This document shows, one piece after another, positions 24,327 to 35,456 of a stretch of 35,456 bases of DNA. The notes beneath the pieces are model-generated. The model was not told the origin of the DNA. It saw nothing but the letters and a program-made list of their open reading frames with translations, and made no database searches. Positions within the stretch are counted from its first letter, which is position 1. Every line of letters starts with the position of its first letter. The position numbers and the translations under genes are program-made. Origin of the DNA: Octopus bimaculoides (lineage: Eukaryota); NCBI RefSeq assembly GCF_001194135.2, contig NC_069009.1, positions 568,873 through 604,328 of the forward strand, given 5' to 3'.

Positions 24327-24430
24327 CCATATCAATATCAAAAATTTATTACGACAGGACAACAATTATGAATATTTTGTTTGCCAAAAGACAGGGCTTA
24401 TTCTTCTAGAAGCTTGATGTTATCAACTTC

Positions 24431-24609
24431 GCTGGACAAATGGCCAACCAACATTACTGGCGGCGTCTCGGCGGCCAAAGGGCGAAGTGCTGCCTATTAA
24501 CTCTTTAAATAAATATTGTTGTGTTGATGGATCTGCGTTTCGTTGTTTCTTCAGAATTTAATGTACGGAAGCGGGTATACACCTAATGGTGTATAACCAC
24601 TTTCCTACA
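24431..24609. mobile_element. Unclassified insertion in the ZNF-6 3' UTR, possibly an LTR 3' fragment
   Basis: Absent from paralogous 3' UTRs. GC-rich start, AATAAA at 24508, hairpin 24576-24595, ends TTCCTACA. Confidence 0.35.
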
Positions 24610-24787
24610 ATGTATATATATGGAAATATATCAACACAGCAATGACTTTGATTTGTTAAGATGATTGTGCTGGATTTTTGAGGAATTTATTATGAGAGAA
24701 TAATAAATAAATGGTTAAACTGATGTTGACTTTGTCTATCTTGTATTTTCATCATCATCATTCTTTAGAGATATTTACTATGCTGGC

Positions 24788-24811
24788 GTGGAGGCGCAAT
24801 GGCCCAGTGGT
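24788..24811 (+). mobile_element. 24-nt head of a family-A SINE
   Basis: GTGGAGGCGCAATGGCCCAGTGGT, truncated and joined to the unit-7 promoter block. Confidence 0.75.
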
Positions 24812-24831
24812 GGAGGAAGGACAATGATTGT

Positions 24832-24981
24832 AAAGGAGAGGAAATGACGTTAGGAATGGACCGGAAGTGCGACGGCATGACATCACGCCAGGAAACCACA
24901 TGTTGAAGACGATTTCTTTATCACGGTATCTTTGACGTGGTCAAATCGTTTGTTGGAAACGATCGTAGAGAATACGTGAGT
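24832..24981 (+). promoter_or_regulatory. Candidate promoter and non-coding first exon of ZNF-7
   Basis: TGACGTTA (24845), CCGGAAGTG ETS consensus (24861-24869), TGACATCA (24878), donor GAATAC|GTGAGT at 24976. Colinear with 11375-11528. Confidence 0.6.
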
Positions 24982-25076
24982 ACACTTTGTTATAATAATC
25001 TGGTGAAAGTTTGAAAATTGTTGACAGAATGGGACAAAGAAAAAAACTGGAACGAATTCAACTAGCCAGTAGAATC

Positions 25077-25219
25077 AAGGTCGATTTTGCCTATCGTCAT
25101 TTCGGGGTCGATAAATTAAGTACCAGTTACGTACTGGGGTCGATGTAATCGACTTAATACTTTTGTCTCTCCTTGTTTGTCCCCTCTATGTTTAGCCCTT
25201 TGTGGGCAATAAAGAAATA
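25077..25219 (+). mobile_element. 5'-truncated family-C SINE with target-site duplication
   Basis: Flanked by AGAATC (25071-25076 and 25220-25225); interrupts the conserved upstream block of unit 7. Confidence 0.8.
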
Positions 25220-25383
25220 AGAATCATCTATGGGAGCATAGAAGTGCAACCCTATCAAGGGAAATAACTTCTACAACGCTTCAACCGCGGTCTAATTAAA
25301 TTATTAATTATGAGGATTAATTACTGACTTTTTTTTATATATGAATACGTTAAGTTGACAAAGATTTCCTTTAACGCTGTAAT

Positions 25384-26307
25384 NNNNNNNNNNNNNNNNN
25401 NNNNNNNNNNNNNNNNNNNNNNNNNNNNNNNNNNNNNNNNNNNNNNNNNNNNNNNNNNNNNNNNNNNNNNNNNNNNNNNNNNNNNNNNNNNNNNNNNNNN
25501 NNNNNNNNNNNNNNNNNNNNNNNNNNNNNNNNNNNNNNNNNNNNNNNNNNNNNNNNNNNNNNNNNNNNNNNNNNNNNNNNNNNNNNNNNNNNNNNNNNNN
25601 NNNNNNNNNNNNNNNNNNNNNNNNNNNNNNNNNNNNNNNNNNNNNNNNNNNNNNNNNNNNNNNNNNNNNNNNNNNNNNNNNNNNNNNNNNNNNNNNNNNN
25701 NNNNNNNNNNNNNNNNNNNNNNNNNNNNNNNNNNNNNNNNNNNNNNNNNNNNNNNNNNNNNNNNNNNNNNNNNNNNNNNNNNNNNNNNNNNNNNNNNNNN
25801 NNNNNNNNNNNNNNNNNNNNNNNNNNNNNNNNNNNNNNNNNNNNNNNNNNNNNNNNNNNNNNNNNNNNNNNNNNNNNNNNNNNNNNNNNNNNNNNNNNNN
25901 NNNNNNNNNNNNNNNNNNNNNNNNNNNNNNNNNNNNNNNNNNNNNNNNNNNNNNNNNNNNNNNNNNNNNNNNNNNNNNNNNNNNNNNNNNNNNNNNNNNN
26001 NNNNNNNNNNNNNNNNNNNNNNNNNNNNNNNNNNNNNNNNNNNNNNNNNNNNNNNNNNNNNNNNNNNNNNNNNNNNNNNNNNNNNNNNNNNNNNNNNNNN
26101 NNNNNNNNNNNNNNNNNNNNNNNNNNNNNNNNNNNNNNNNNNNNNNNNNNNNNNNNNNNNNNNNNNNNNNNNNNNNNNNNNNNNNNNNNNNNNNNNNNNN
26201 NNNNNNNNNNNNNNNNNNNNNNNNNNNNNNNNNNNNNNNNNNNNNNNNNNNNNNNNNNNNNNNNNNNNNNNNNNNNNNNNNNNNNNNNNNNNNNNNNNNN
26301 NNNNNNN
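25384..26307. other. Assembly gap
   Basis: Run of N. Confidence 1.
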
Positions 26308-26593
26308 AAAAAAAAAAAAAAAAAAAAAAGGCGGAATTTGTTGTGAAAAGATAGGCCTCTCATTTGTAAACAAATTTATGAGTAACTAATCCTCTGCTGG
26401 TCGTTTAGTATGCTGGAAATAGCAGTCATTACATGGCTTTATCCTAAGAAATGAAACAAAAACATAGATAATCTGAGAAAGGTAGAGAAATCTCTATACA
26501 GAATGTTGTAAAAGTTTCAATTCCATTCAAACATAGACATTAGGTGGATGACAGTTGATGTTATATAATTTGCAATGTTGAATTACTGTGTCA

Positions 26594-26636
26594 TTTAATA
26601 ATTCTCTTTATCTTACTTATTCTTTTCCTATTTCAG
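26594..26636 (+). promoter_or_regulatory. Branch point and 3' splice acceptor of ZNF-7
   Basis: TTTAAT...TTCTTTTCCTATTTCAG|AATATC, 43 nt. Confidence 0.8.
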
Positions 26637-26964
26637 AATATCATACCATGTTGACGTGAAAGAAATTTCTTCATTCAGATGTGCCTATATTTTTATCAAC
26701 TTTCATCAACGAAACGAAGACGATATATTTATGAAGAGCATTCATCAATAAATCAACTACTTTTATATAAGTAAAATCTATGATGAACAGTTGGAAAATA
26801 TTTCTTCTGGACAATGCAATTAACAGCAAAATTTCCTTGTCTTCACTGTCTGGAATGTAGACGAGGTGATCGCTTTACAATTTCAGTAAACTTGGGTAAC
26901 TTTATAAAAGAGTTAACAGTTTAAATTTGCAGTTTTAGATGTTAAGACCACAGATGAAAGAAAC

Positions 26965-28377
26965 ATGACATTAAATTATTGTCTGAAGATAGTGACACAA
27001 CTGAAAACAAACATTCATAAAAGTAAAGCGAGCACAGCCATTGTCATATGTGTAACAAATTATTCTCTGATAATGAATGATTCAACTAAAATGAAAAATT
27101 CTGATACAGGAGAGAAACTGTATTACTGTGATATCTGTGATGAATTATTTTCTGAACATAGTGCTTTCATTAGTCACAAGAGTATTCATACAGGAGAGAA
27201 GCCATATCATTGTGATATTTGTTGTAAATCATTCACTGAAGAAAGACACTTCACTAAACACAAGTGCATTCGTACAGGAGAGAAACTACATCACTGTGAT
27301 GTCTGTGGCAAATCGTTTTCTCAAAGTGGTCACTTGACTAGTCATAAACGTGTTCATACAGGAGAGAAGCCATATCAGTGTGATATCTGTGGTAAATCAT
27401 TTTCTCGTAATAGTCACTTGACTAGTCACAAACGTATTCATACTGGGGAAAAACCATATCATTGTGACATCTGTGGTAAATCATTCTCTCAAAGTGGTGA
27501 CTTGAGTAAACACAAACGTATTTATACTGGTGAAAAACCATATCAGTGTGATATCTGTGGTGAATCATTTTCTGAGTATAGCACTTTAATTAGTCACAAA
27601 CGTACTCACACAGGAGAGAAGCCATATCATTGTAATATCTGTGGTAAATCATTCTCTCAAAGTGGTAACTTGACTAAACACAAACGTACTCACACAGGAG
27701 AGAAATCATATCATTGTAATATCTGTGGTAAATCATTCTCTCAGAGTGATGACTTGACTAAACACAAACCTACACATAGAAGAGAGAAAGCATATCATTG
27801 TAATATCTGTGGTAAATCATTCTGTAGAAATAGTGACTTGATCAGGCACAAACGTATTCATACTGGGGAAAAACCATATCAATGTGATATCTGTGGTGAA
27901 TCATTCTCTCGAAATAGCACTGTAACTAGTCACAAACGTGTTCACACAGGAGAGAGGCCATACCATTGTGACATCTGTGGTAAATCTTTTTCTGAAAATA
28001 GTAGTTTGACTAATCATAAACGTATCCATACTGGAGAAAAACCATATCATTGTAACATCTGTGGTAAATCATTTTCTGAAAATAGCTCTTTAACTAGTCA
28101 CAAACGTACTCATACAGGAGAGAAGCCATATCGTTGTGACATCTGTGGTAAATCATTCTCTCAAAGTAGTAACTTGACTGAACACAAACGTACACATACA
28201 GGAGAGAAAGCATATCGTTGTGATATCTGTGGTAAATCATTCTCTTATAATATTAAATTGATTCATCACAGACATATTCATACAGGAGAGAAGCCATATC
28301 ACTGTGATATCTGTGGTGAGTCATTCTTTCAAAAAGGCCATTTAAGTACACATATGAGTATTCATACACAAGTGTAA
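26965..28377 (+). CDS. ZNF-7: C2H2 zinc-finger protein, 15 repeats (13 intact), complete to the HTQV stop
   Basis: ATG at 26965, family-conserved ATG at 27073. Fingers 2 and 5 have the last His replaced (R, Y). Confidence 0.92.
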   Translation: MTLNYCLKIVTQLKTNIHKSKASTAIVICVTNYSLIMNDSTKMKNSDTGEKLYYCDICDELFSEHSAFISHKSIHTGEKPYHCDICCKSFTEERHFTKHKCIRTGEKLHHCDVCGKSFSQSGHLTSHKRVHTGEKPYQCDICGKSFSRNSHLTSHKRIHTGEKPYHCDICGKSFSQSGDLSKHKRIYTGEKPYQCDICGESFSEYSTLISHKRTHTGEKPYHCNICGKSFSQSGNLTKHKRTHTGEKSYHCNICGKSFSQSDDLTKHKPTHRREKAYHCNICGKSFCRNSDLIRHKRIHTGEKPYQCDICGESFSRNSTVTSHKRVHTGERPYHCDICGKSFSENSSLTNHKRIHTGEKPYHCNICGKSFSENSSLTSHKRTHTGEKPYRCDICGKSFSQSSNLTEHKRTHTGEKAYRCDICGKSFSYNIKLIHHRHIHTGEKPYHCDICGESFFQKGHLSTHMSIHTQV

Positions 28378-28730
28378 CAGTATCAATATCAAAATTTATT
28401 ACAACAGGACAGCAGTTATGGATATTCTGTTCAAGCTTGACATTACTAACTTAACTATCATGTATACATCAACACAGAAATGACTTTGATTTCTGAAGAT
28501 GTTTGTGCTGAATTTTTGAGGAATTTGTTCTGAGAGAATATAAAGGAATGGGAATAATGAATAAAAGTTTTAAGTGATATTGATTTTGTCTTTGTTGTGT
28601 TTTCATCATCATCATCCTTTAATGTCTATTTCCTATGCTGGCATGGATGAGAAAGTGTGACTATACCTGATCAAGCATCATAATAGCATGAAACTAGTAG
28701 TAGCTTTTTCAGTTGTGTACTTAATTTGGT

Positions 28731-28984
28731 GTGGAGGCGCAATGGCCCAGTGGTTAGGGCAGCGGACTCGCGGTCATAGGATCGCAGTTTCGATTCCCAG
28801 ACTGGGCGTTGTGAGTGTTTATTGAGCGAAAACACCTAAAGCTCCACAAGGCTCTGGCAGGGGATGGTAGCGAACCCTGCTGTACTCTTTCACCACAACT
28901 TTCTCTCTCTCTTACTCCCTGTTTCTGTTGCGTCTGTAATTCAAAGGACCAGCCTTGTCACACTGTGTCACGCTGACTATCCCC
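28731..28984 (+). mobile_element. tRNA-derived SINE, family A (3'-truncated)
   Basis: A box TGGCCCAGTGG, B box GTTTCGATTCC; body matches 11805-12079. Confidence 0.88.
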
Positions 28985-29629
28985 ATACACAGCCACTATA
29001 AAGTCAGTCAGTTGTGGTAGGATTATTGTACGAGTTTCTCAGTTGCTACTGTTTATGTTTGGTCGACTGCTAGTTGCCTAACTAGGGATTAGAGGAAGAT
29101 AGAATGAATGATAAGTGTAGGGAGTCGATAAAATGATACTTTCATGGTGCCTGATATTAAAACAGCAGTGGTGTTGCGATAAGACACTATATCATACTTG
29201 ACATTCTCACTGTAAGCTTTATCTCAGTTGAATTATCTAACTGGATTCAGCATGTGGTCACCTCTGCGTCATGTCTCATCTGCCAACTAACTTTTTCCTA
29301 CGCTATTTTAGTATTTATAATTATCCAAACTAGTTAGAAAGAGAGACATATTGTTGCGAACAGCGAATTTCGTTGGTGGTCTGTTATCTCCATTCTAGCG
29401 CTTTTGGCAGCCTAGAAGAGATTTGAAGGGTCAATTGGCAAACACGTTATTCTGCTTAACGAAGGCATCTGGCAAAATGTAACTGCTGTCAATCACAGGG
29501 AAACTATTGCTTTACTGTGAGAATAGTGCTGTTGAATTATTAAGTGAAATTTTACAAAGAGAAACTGTTTTATTTTTTTTCAAATTTATTTGCAATCTGG
29601 GATTTCAAGCATCTTAAGAGATCGGGGTA

Positions 29630-30050
29630 CTTGATTCCACGCAAAGAATCCGAGTTTGTTCGTTTCTCTGTGAAAGTACCAAAATTAACCCTAGTGAGTA
29701 GAGACATCTATAGGAGAAGTCTTGAAATATAATTATGTAAGGGGAAATAACTTCAGCAGCACTTAAACCTCGCCAATTTAATTATTAATTATATTCGTTA
29801 ATTACTGATCACTGACTCGTTGTTTATATCCGAATACGGTAAGTTGACAAAGATTTACTTTTAAGACTGTAATCATGATAATAATACTACTAATAATAAT
29901 GTAAATAATAGAATTATGTGAACCTTTCGATCGTAAAGTAATTATTTCGAAGCTGAAACATAACAACGCTAGGAAAATATATTTCCTCGTCTTAAATAAT
30001 AAATTCCAAACTGAAATGTTGATCTGTTGTTTATGGAAACCTGTTACATG
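29630..30050 (+). promoter_or_regulatory. Conserved upstream block of unit 8 with candidate donor at 29839
   Basis: GGGAAATAACTTC (29742-29754), GAATACG|GTAAGT; closest to 33010-33440. Confidence 0.55.
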
Positions 30051-30387
30051 TGAAATTAAGGTTAATGTTGACATTGGTACCCGGAAACGAAATCGAAAAA
30101 GACAAAAATAGGGCAACGTGTACAAAAGAAAAAGATGTGAAAAACGAATCTGAACTCAAAGATGTGCAGAAAGCAATAGGGGTGAGAGGCCTTCGGAAAA
30201 TTCACTAGATCCGAAGTTTTTCCCTCATAACTTTTAGGAACGGTATAGCTTACGATTATAAAGATATTTGTGGGGAAAATCTTTTCCTTTGGGGTAGGGA
30301 AAGGACTTCGAAAAATCCGATATTTTTCCCTCGTAGAATTGAGGAAAAATGGAGTTTGAGGAAAATCTAATCCTTTTGAAATCAGAA

Positions 30388-30430
30388 ATTAACTATCCTC
30401 TTTATCTTACTGTTTCTTTTCCTATTTCAG
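30388..30430 (+). promoter_or_regulatory. Branch point and 3' splice acceptor of ZNF-8
   Basis: ATTAAC...TTTCTTTTCCTATTTCAG|AATATC, 43 nt. Confidence 0.8.
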
Positions 30431-30832
30431 AATATCACATCATGTTGACACAGAAGAAATTTCTTCATTCAGATGTGCCTTTCATATTTTTATCTCGTTT
30501 CGTCAACTAAACCAAGATGACATATTCAACAGGAGCATTCATCGATACATCAAAATTTACATGAATACAAACTAAGAATACAATATTTTTCTTGTTTTCA
30601 CTGTTTGGAATTTTGAGTAAGTGATTGCCTTAGATGTTAATTAACGGGTGGATACCTTTACAAAGGAGTTGACAATATTCACCTGCTGATCTATATATTA
30701 AATAAGATCACAAATGAAAGAAACACAGCTACAAATTATTTTCAGGAAATAGTGGCTGAACTGAAAACAAAATTTGTTTATAGAGATGAAGGAAACATTA
30801 TTTTTGTGATATGTATAATAAATTATTCTATC

Positions 30833-32240
<1,408 letters not shown>

Positions 32241-33009
32241 TAATATTTTTTCTTTATTCGTTTCTGATTCATATGTTTTTGATATCGGAGATGATGATTT
32301 AGCAAAAATTTCTTATTTAATTTCTGTCCTCCTCAATTTATTTGCTTGTTTTACAGTTGACAAGACATGCTATCCTGCACAAAATAACAGCTTCCAAATC
32401 CTCTTTCTCCATTGACTGTTCCTAAAGTTTTGTGCAATGTTTGGAAGCATGCATTTTGAGATCATTCTAAGTTGTTACCATCTCAGTACAGGGGTAGCTT
32501 GTGTTGCTGCACATAGAAAATTTGAAATTAAAAAGTATTTTTTCTATTTTATTAATCTCTGTATGTTTCCATGTAGATTGAAAAGAAAATTTGGAATAAA
32601 GTTTTAATAAAATTTCAAAAAGGCTGGGGTTTTTTTGTTTTTTTTTTTCTAAAATGTCACAAAACACTTCTTTTTGTAGTTTGGAAAACGGGGTGGGTTG
32701 CATGTTGGAAGTCTCAGAAATTTCTGCCAACACACCACCCCAATATTTTTGGCTGTTTCTTCCTTTACCCAGAATTTTAGATAACATTTTGCAGAAAGAT
32801 GTTTTTGACAGAGTGTGGATTACATTAGATTGAAAATTGAAAGAAGTTTGAAATAAATAAGTGAAAATGCAGAGGTTATAGAAGTCACAGAGGTACCAAA
32901 GTCATTCAATGAAAAAAGAATGATTCCTGAATGGGGGGGGGGTTGCGGTTTCTCACCCATCTCATTTTTCCGAACTAAAATGAGGGAATTGCAGCATAAT
33001 AGGAGGTCA

Positions 33010-33440
33010 AGTTACTTGATTCCACGCCAAAAAATCCGATTTCTTTTTTCTCAATGAAAATCGTGAATGTGAAAGTACCAAAGTTTACCCCAGTGAGTAT
33101 CGCCATCTATAGGAGAAGTCATGTATTATAATCATGTAAGGGGAAATAACTTCAGCAGCACTTGAGCCTCACGCCAATTTAATTGTTAATTATATTCGTT
33201 AATTACTGATCACTGACTCGTTGTTTGTATCTCGATCGGGTAAGTTGAGAAAGATTTACTTTAAGCATGTAATCATGATAATGTAAATAATAGAATTATG
33301 TGAACATTTCGATATTAAAGTAATTATTTCGAAGCGAAAACGAAACAAAATCAGGAAAATACATTTCCTCGTCTTAAATAACAACTTCAAACGGAATTGT
33401 TTATCTGTTGTTTATGAAAACCTATGATCGACTGTTATAC
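33010..33440 (+). promoter_or_regulatory. Conserved upstream block of unit 9 with candidate donor at 33240
   Basis: GGGAAATAACTTC (33141-33153), GATCGG|GTAAGT. Confidence 0.5.
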
Positions 33441-33769
33441 GTCATGTTGTCCTGCTGTTTATGAGGCATTCATAAAACGTTAAGTTGACGAAGATTTACT
33501 TAAAGGTTAATTTTAATAATTATGATGATGTAAAATTATATGAATCCCTCGAACTTACAGTAATCACATAGAAACATTGAGAAAATATGATTCCTCGTTG
33601 TAGATATATCAAACATGGAATTTTTTTGATTGGCACAAGAAGACAAATTTAGGGTGTAGCGCCTGTCAATTATGCCAGTCTTTCAATGCCTCAGTAAACT
33701 CCGACCCCTGCCAACATTGAATGGATGACAGTGTTGATGTACCATTTGCAATATTGAATTACTGTATCG

Positions 33770-33812
33770 TTTAACTATCCTCTTTATCTCGATGTTTCTT
33801 TTCTTATTTCAG
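33770..33812 (+). promoter_or_regulatory. Branch point and 3' splice acceptor of ZNF-9
   Basis: TTTAAC...TTTCTTTTCTTATTTCAG|AATATC, 43 nt. Confidence 0.8.
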
Positions 33813-34184
33813 AATATCACATCATGTTGACACACAGGAAATTTCTTCATTCAGATGTGCCTTTCATATTTTTATTTCGTTTCATCAACCAAGGGAAGAA
33901 GACGTATTTAGCAGGAGCATTCATCGATGCATCGAAATTTATATGAATACATTCTATGACAACAGTAAAACATTGTTCTTGTCTTCACTGTTTGGAACAT
34001 GAAGGTGATTGCTTTACAGGTTAATTACGGTTGGATAACTTTACAAAGGAGCTGACAATTTTCACCTGCTGATTTTGATATTTAGTAAGATCACAGATGA
34101 AAGAAATACAGCTTTAAATTCTTTTCTAGAAATAGTGACTGAACTGAACTCAATCATGTTTATAGACATGAAGGAAACATTGTG

Positions 34185-34700
34185 ATGTGTAAAATAAAAT
34201 ATTATCTCATAATGAATAGTTTAACTAAACCAAAGAAGACTGATTTAAGGGAAAAACAATATTCATGTGATATCTGTGGTAAATCATTCTCTTTTAGGAA
34301 TACCTTGACTGAACACAAGTATACACATACAGGAGAAAAGCCATATCATTGTGATATCTGTAGTAAATCATTCTCGTGTAGGAGTAACTTGGCTCACCAC
34401 AAACATACACATACAGGAGAAAAGCCATATGATTGTAGTATCTGTGGTAAATCATTCTCTCGAAGGTGTACCTTGACTGTACACAAACGTACACATACAG
34501 GAGAAGAGCCATATCATTGTGATATCTGCGGTAAATCATTCTCGTGTAGGAGTAACTTGACTCAACATAAACGTACACATACAGGAGAAAAGCCATATGA
34601 TTGTGATATCTGTGGTAGGTCATTCTCTAAAAGGAGTAACTTGACTAAACATGAATATACACATGGAACAGTAAAGCCATATCATTGTGATACGTGGTAA
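34185..34700 (+). CDS. ZNF-9: short C2H2 zinc-finger protein, 5 fingers, frameshift-truncated (YHCDTW*)
   Basis: ATG at 34185, conserved ATG at 34212; five canonical fingers. Confidence 0.8.
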   Translation: MCKIKYYLIMNSLTKPKKTDLREKQYSCDICGKSFSFRNTLTEHKYTHTGEKPYHCDICSKSFSCRSNLAHHKHTHTGEKPYDCSICGKSFSRRCTLTVHKRTHTGEEPYHCDICGKSFSCRSNLTQHKRTHTGEKPYDCDICGRSFSKRSNLTKHEYTHGTVKPYHCDTW

Positions 34701-34905
34701 ATTATTCTCTTATAGGAGTAACTTGATTCAGCACATACATATATATCCAGGAGAAAAGCCATATCATTATCATATCTGTGTTAAATTATTCTCTTATAGG
34801 ACGTGACTCAACAGAAACATACATATACAGGAGAAAAGCCACATCATTGTGATATCTGGGGTAAATCATTTTCTAAAAGCTATCAATTAACTAAACACAA
34901 GTGCC
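34701..34905 (+). pseudogene. Decayed fingers after the ZNF-9 stop
   Basis: GGAGAAAAGCCATATCAT repeats at about 84-nt spacing with lost Cys/His codons and indels. Confidence 0.75.
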
Positions 34906-35456
34906 GTAAAAACCCATGTACTTTGTGCAACCGTGTAATTGACATAGATGATTTTCCGGATGAAATTTGTTAAAAAAAGTGTCCTACTTATGTAAAATTC
35001 GCACCTAAAAGTTTTGAGTATCGCCGTGACAGCCAGGGATGAACATTTTCAATTTAGTTGTACTTAGCATAATTTAACTTACTCCTGATTAGATTTAATT
35101 GAAGTTTTATTAAATAAAAATAATTGCTGCTGAACAGGTATCGCATTGAGAGCTATTAAATTACAAAGTGTTTGTGTTGTTTATAATAAACTTTATTTCA
35201 CATTTCTTGCCCACAAAAGATCATGTCCGATCTTTAGCATAATGCTGTATGTCTTATCAAATCATGATCCCAGGAAAAGTTGTTGATGACAATTACCAAC
35301 TAAAGTGAGGCTGATTAATACGCACAGGTGTTGCAAATCAAATTTAATCATCGATAAACATCAGCTTGGATGACACTTTACTCAACCGACAGAGGAAGGT
35401 GACCGATCAAGCTGATTATGTAAACGGAATTCTTTTCCACCTATTCTTGTCAGAAC

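Noticed and set aside
27235-27275. C2HC rescue of fingers that lost the last His (HKCIR in ZNF-7, HKCIP in ZNF-2)
   Set aside because: H-x-C spacing is too short for a usual fourth ligand, and HKC also occurs in intact fingers as a CpG-decay product.

Overview
AT-rich eukaryotic scaffold with seven N-gaps. It is most likely from an octopus genome; this is inferred from the SINE families and the tandem C2H2 expansion known in coleoid cephalopods, not from a database search. The window is a head-to-tail cluster of nine paralogous C2H2 (Kruppel-type, TGEKP-linked) zinc-finger gene units, all on the + strand, called ZNF-1 to ZNF-9 here. Each unit has a strongly conserved 3' splice acceptor, then one large exon with a ~400-nt leader, a ~16-aa N-terminus and 5-15 fingers. 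No KRAB/ZAD/SCAN/BTB effector domain is visible. Six units share an HTQV-type terminal segment and 3' UTR. Only ZNF-6 and ZNF-7 run intact to the ancestral stop; the others are shortened by nonsense codons, frameshifts or, in ZNF-5, an LTR inserted inside a finger. Spacers hold tRNA-derived SINEs, a piggyBac-type MITE and conserved non-coding blocks (CRE/ETS promoter plus splice donors). Main observations: (1) the leader and start codon of the family derive from a frameshifted fossil finger; (2) ZNF-6 and ZNF-2 have no recognisable promoter or first exon of their own and may act as alternative terminal exons; (3) the LTR in ZNF-5 has TG..CA ends and a TATG target-site duplication; (4) +1 slippage recurs at one linker homopolymer and trims finger number. 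Some duplications beside gaps are probably assembly artefacts.
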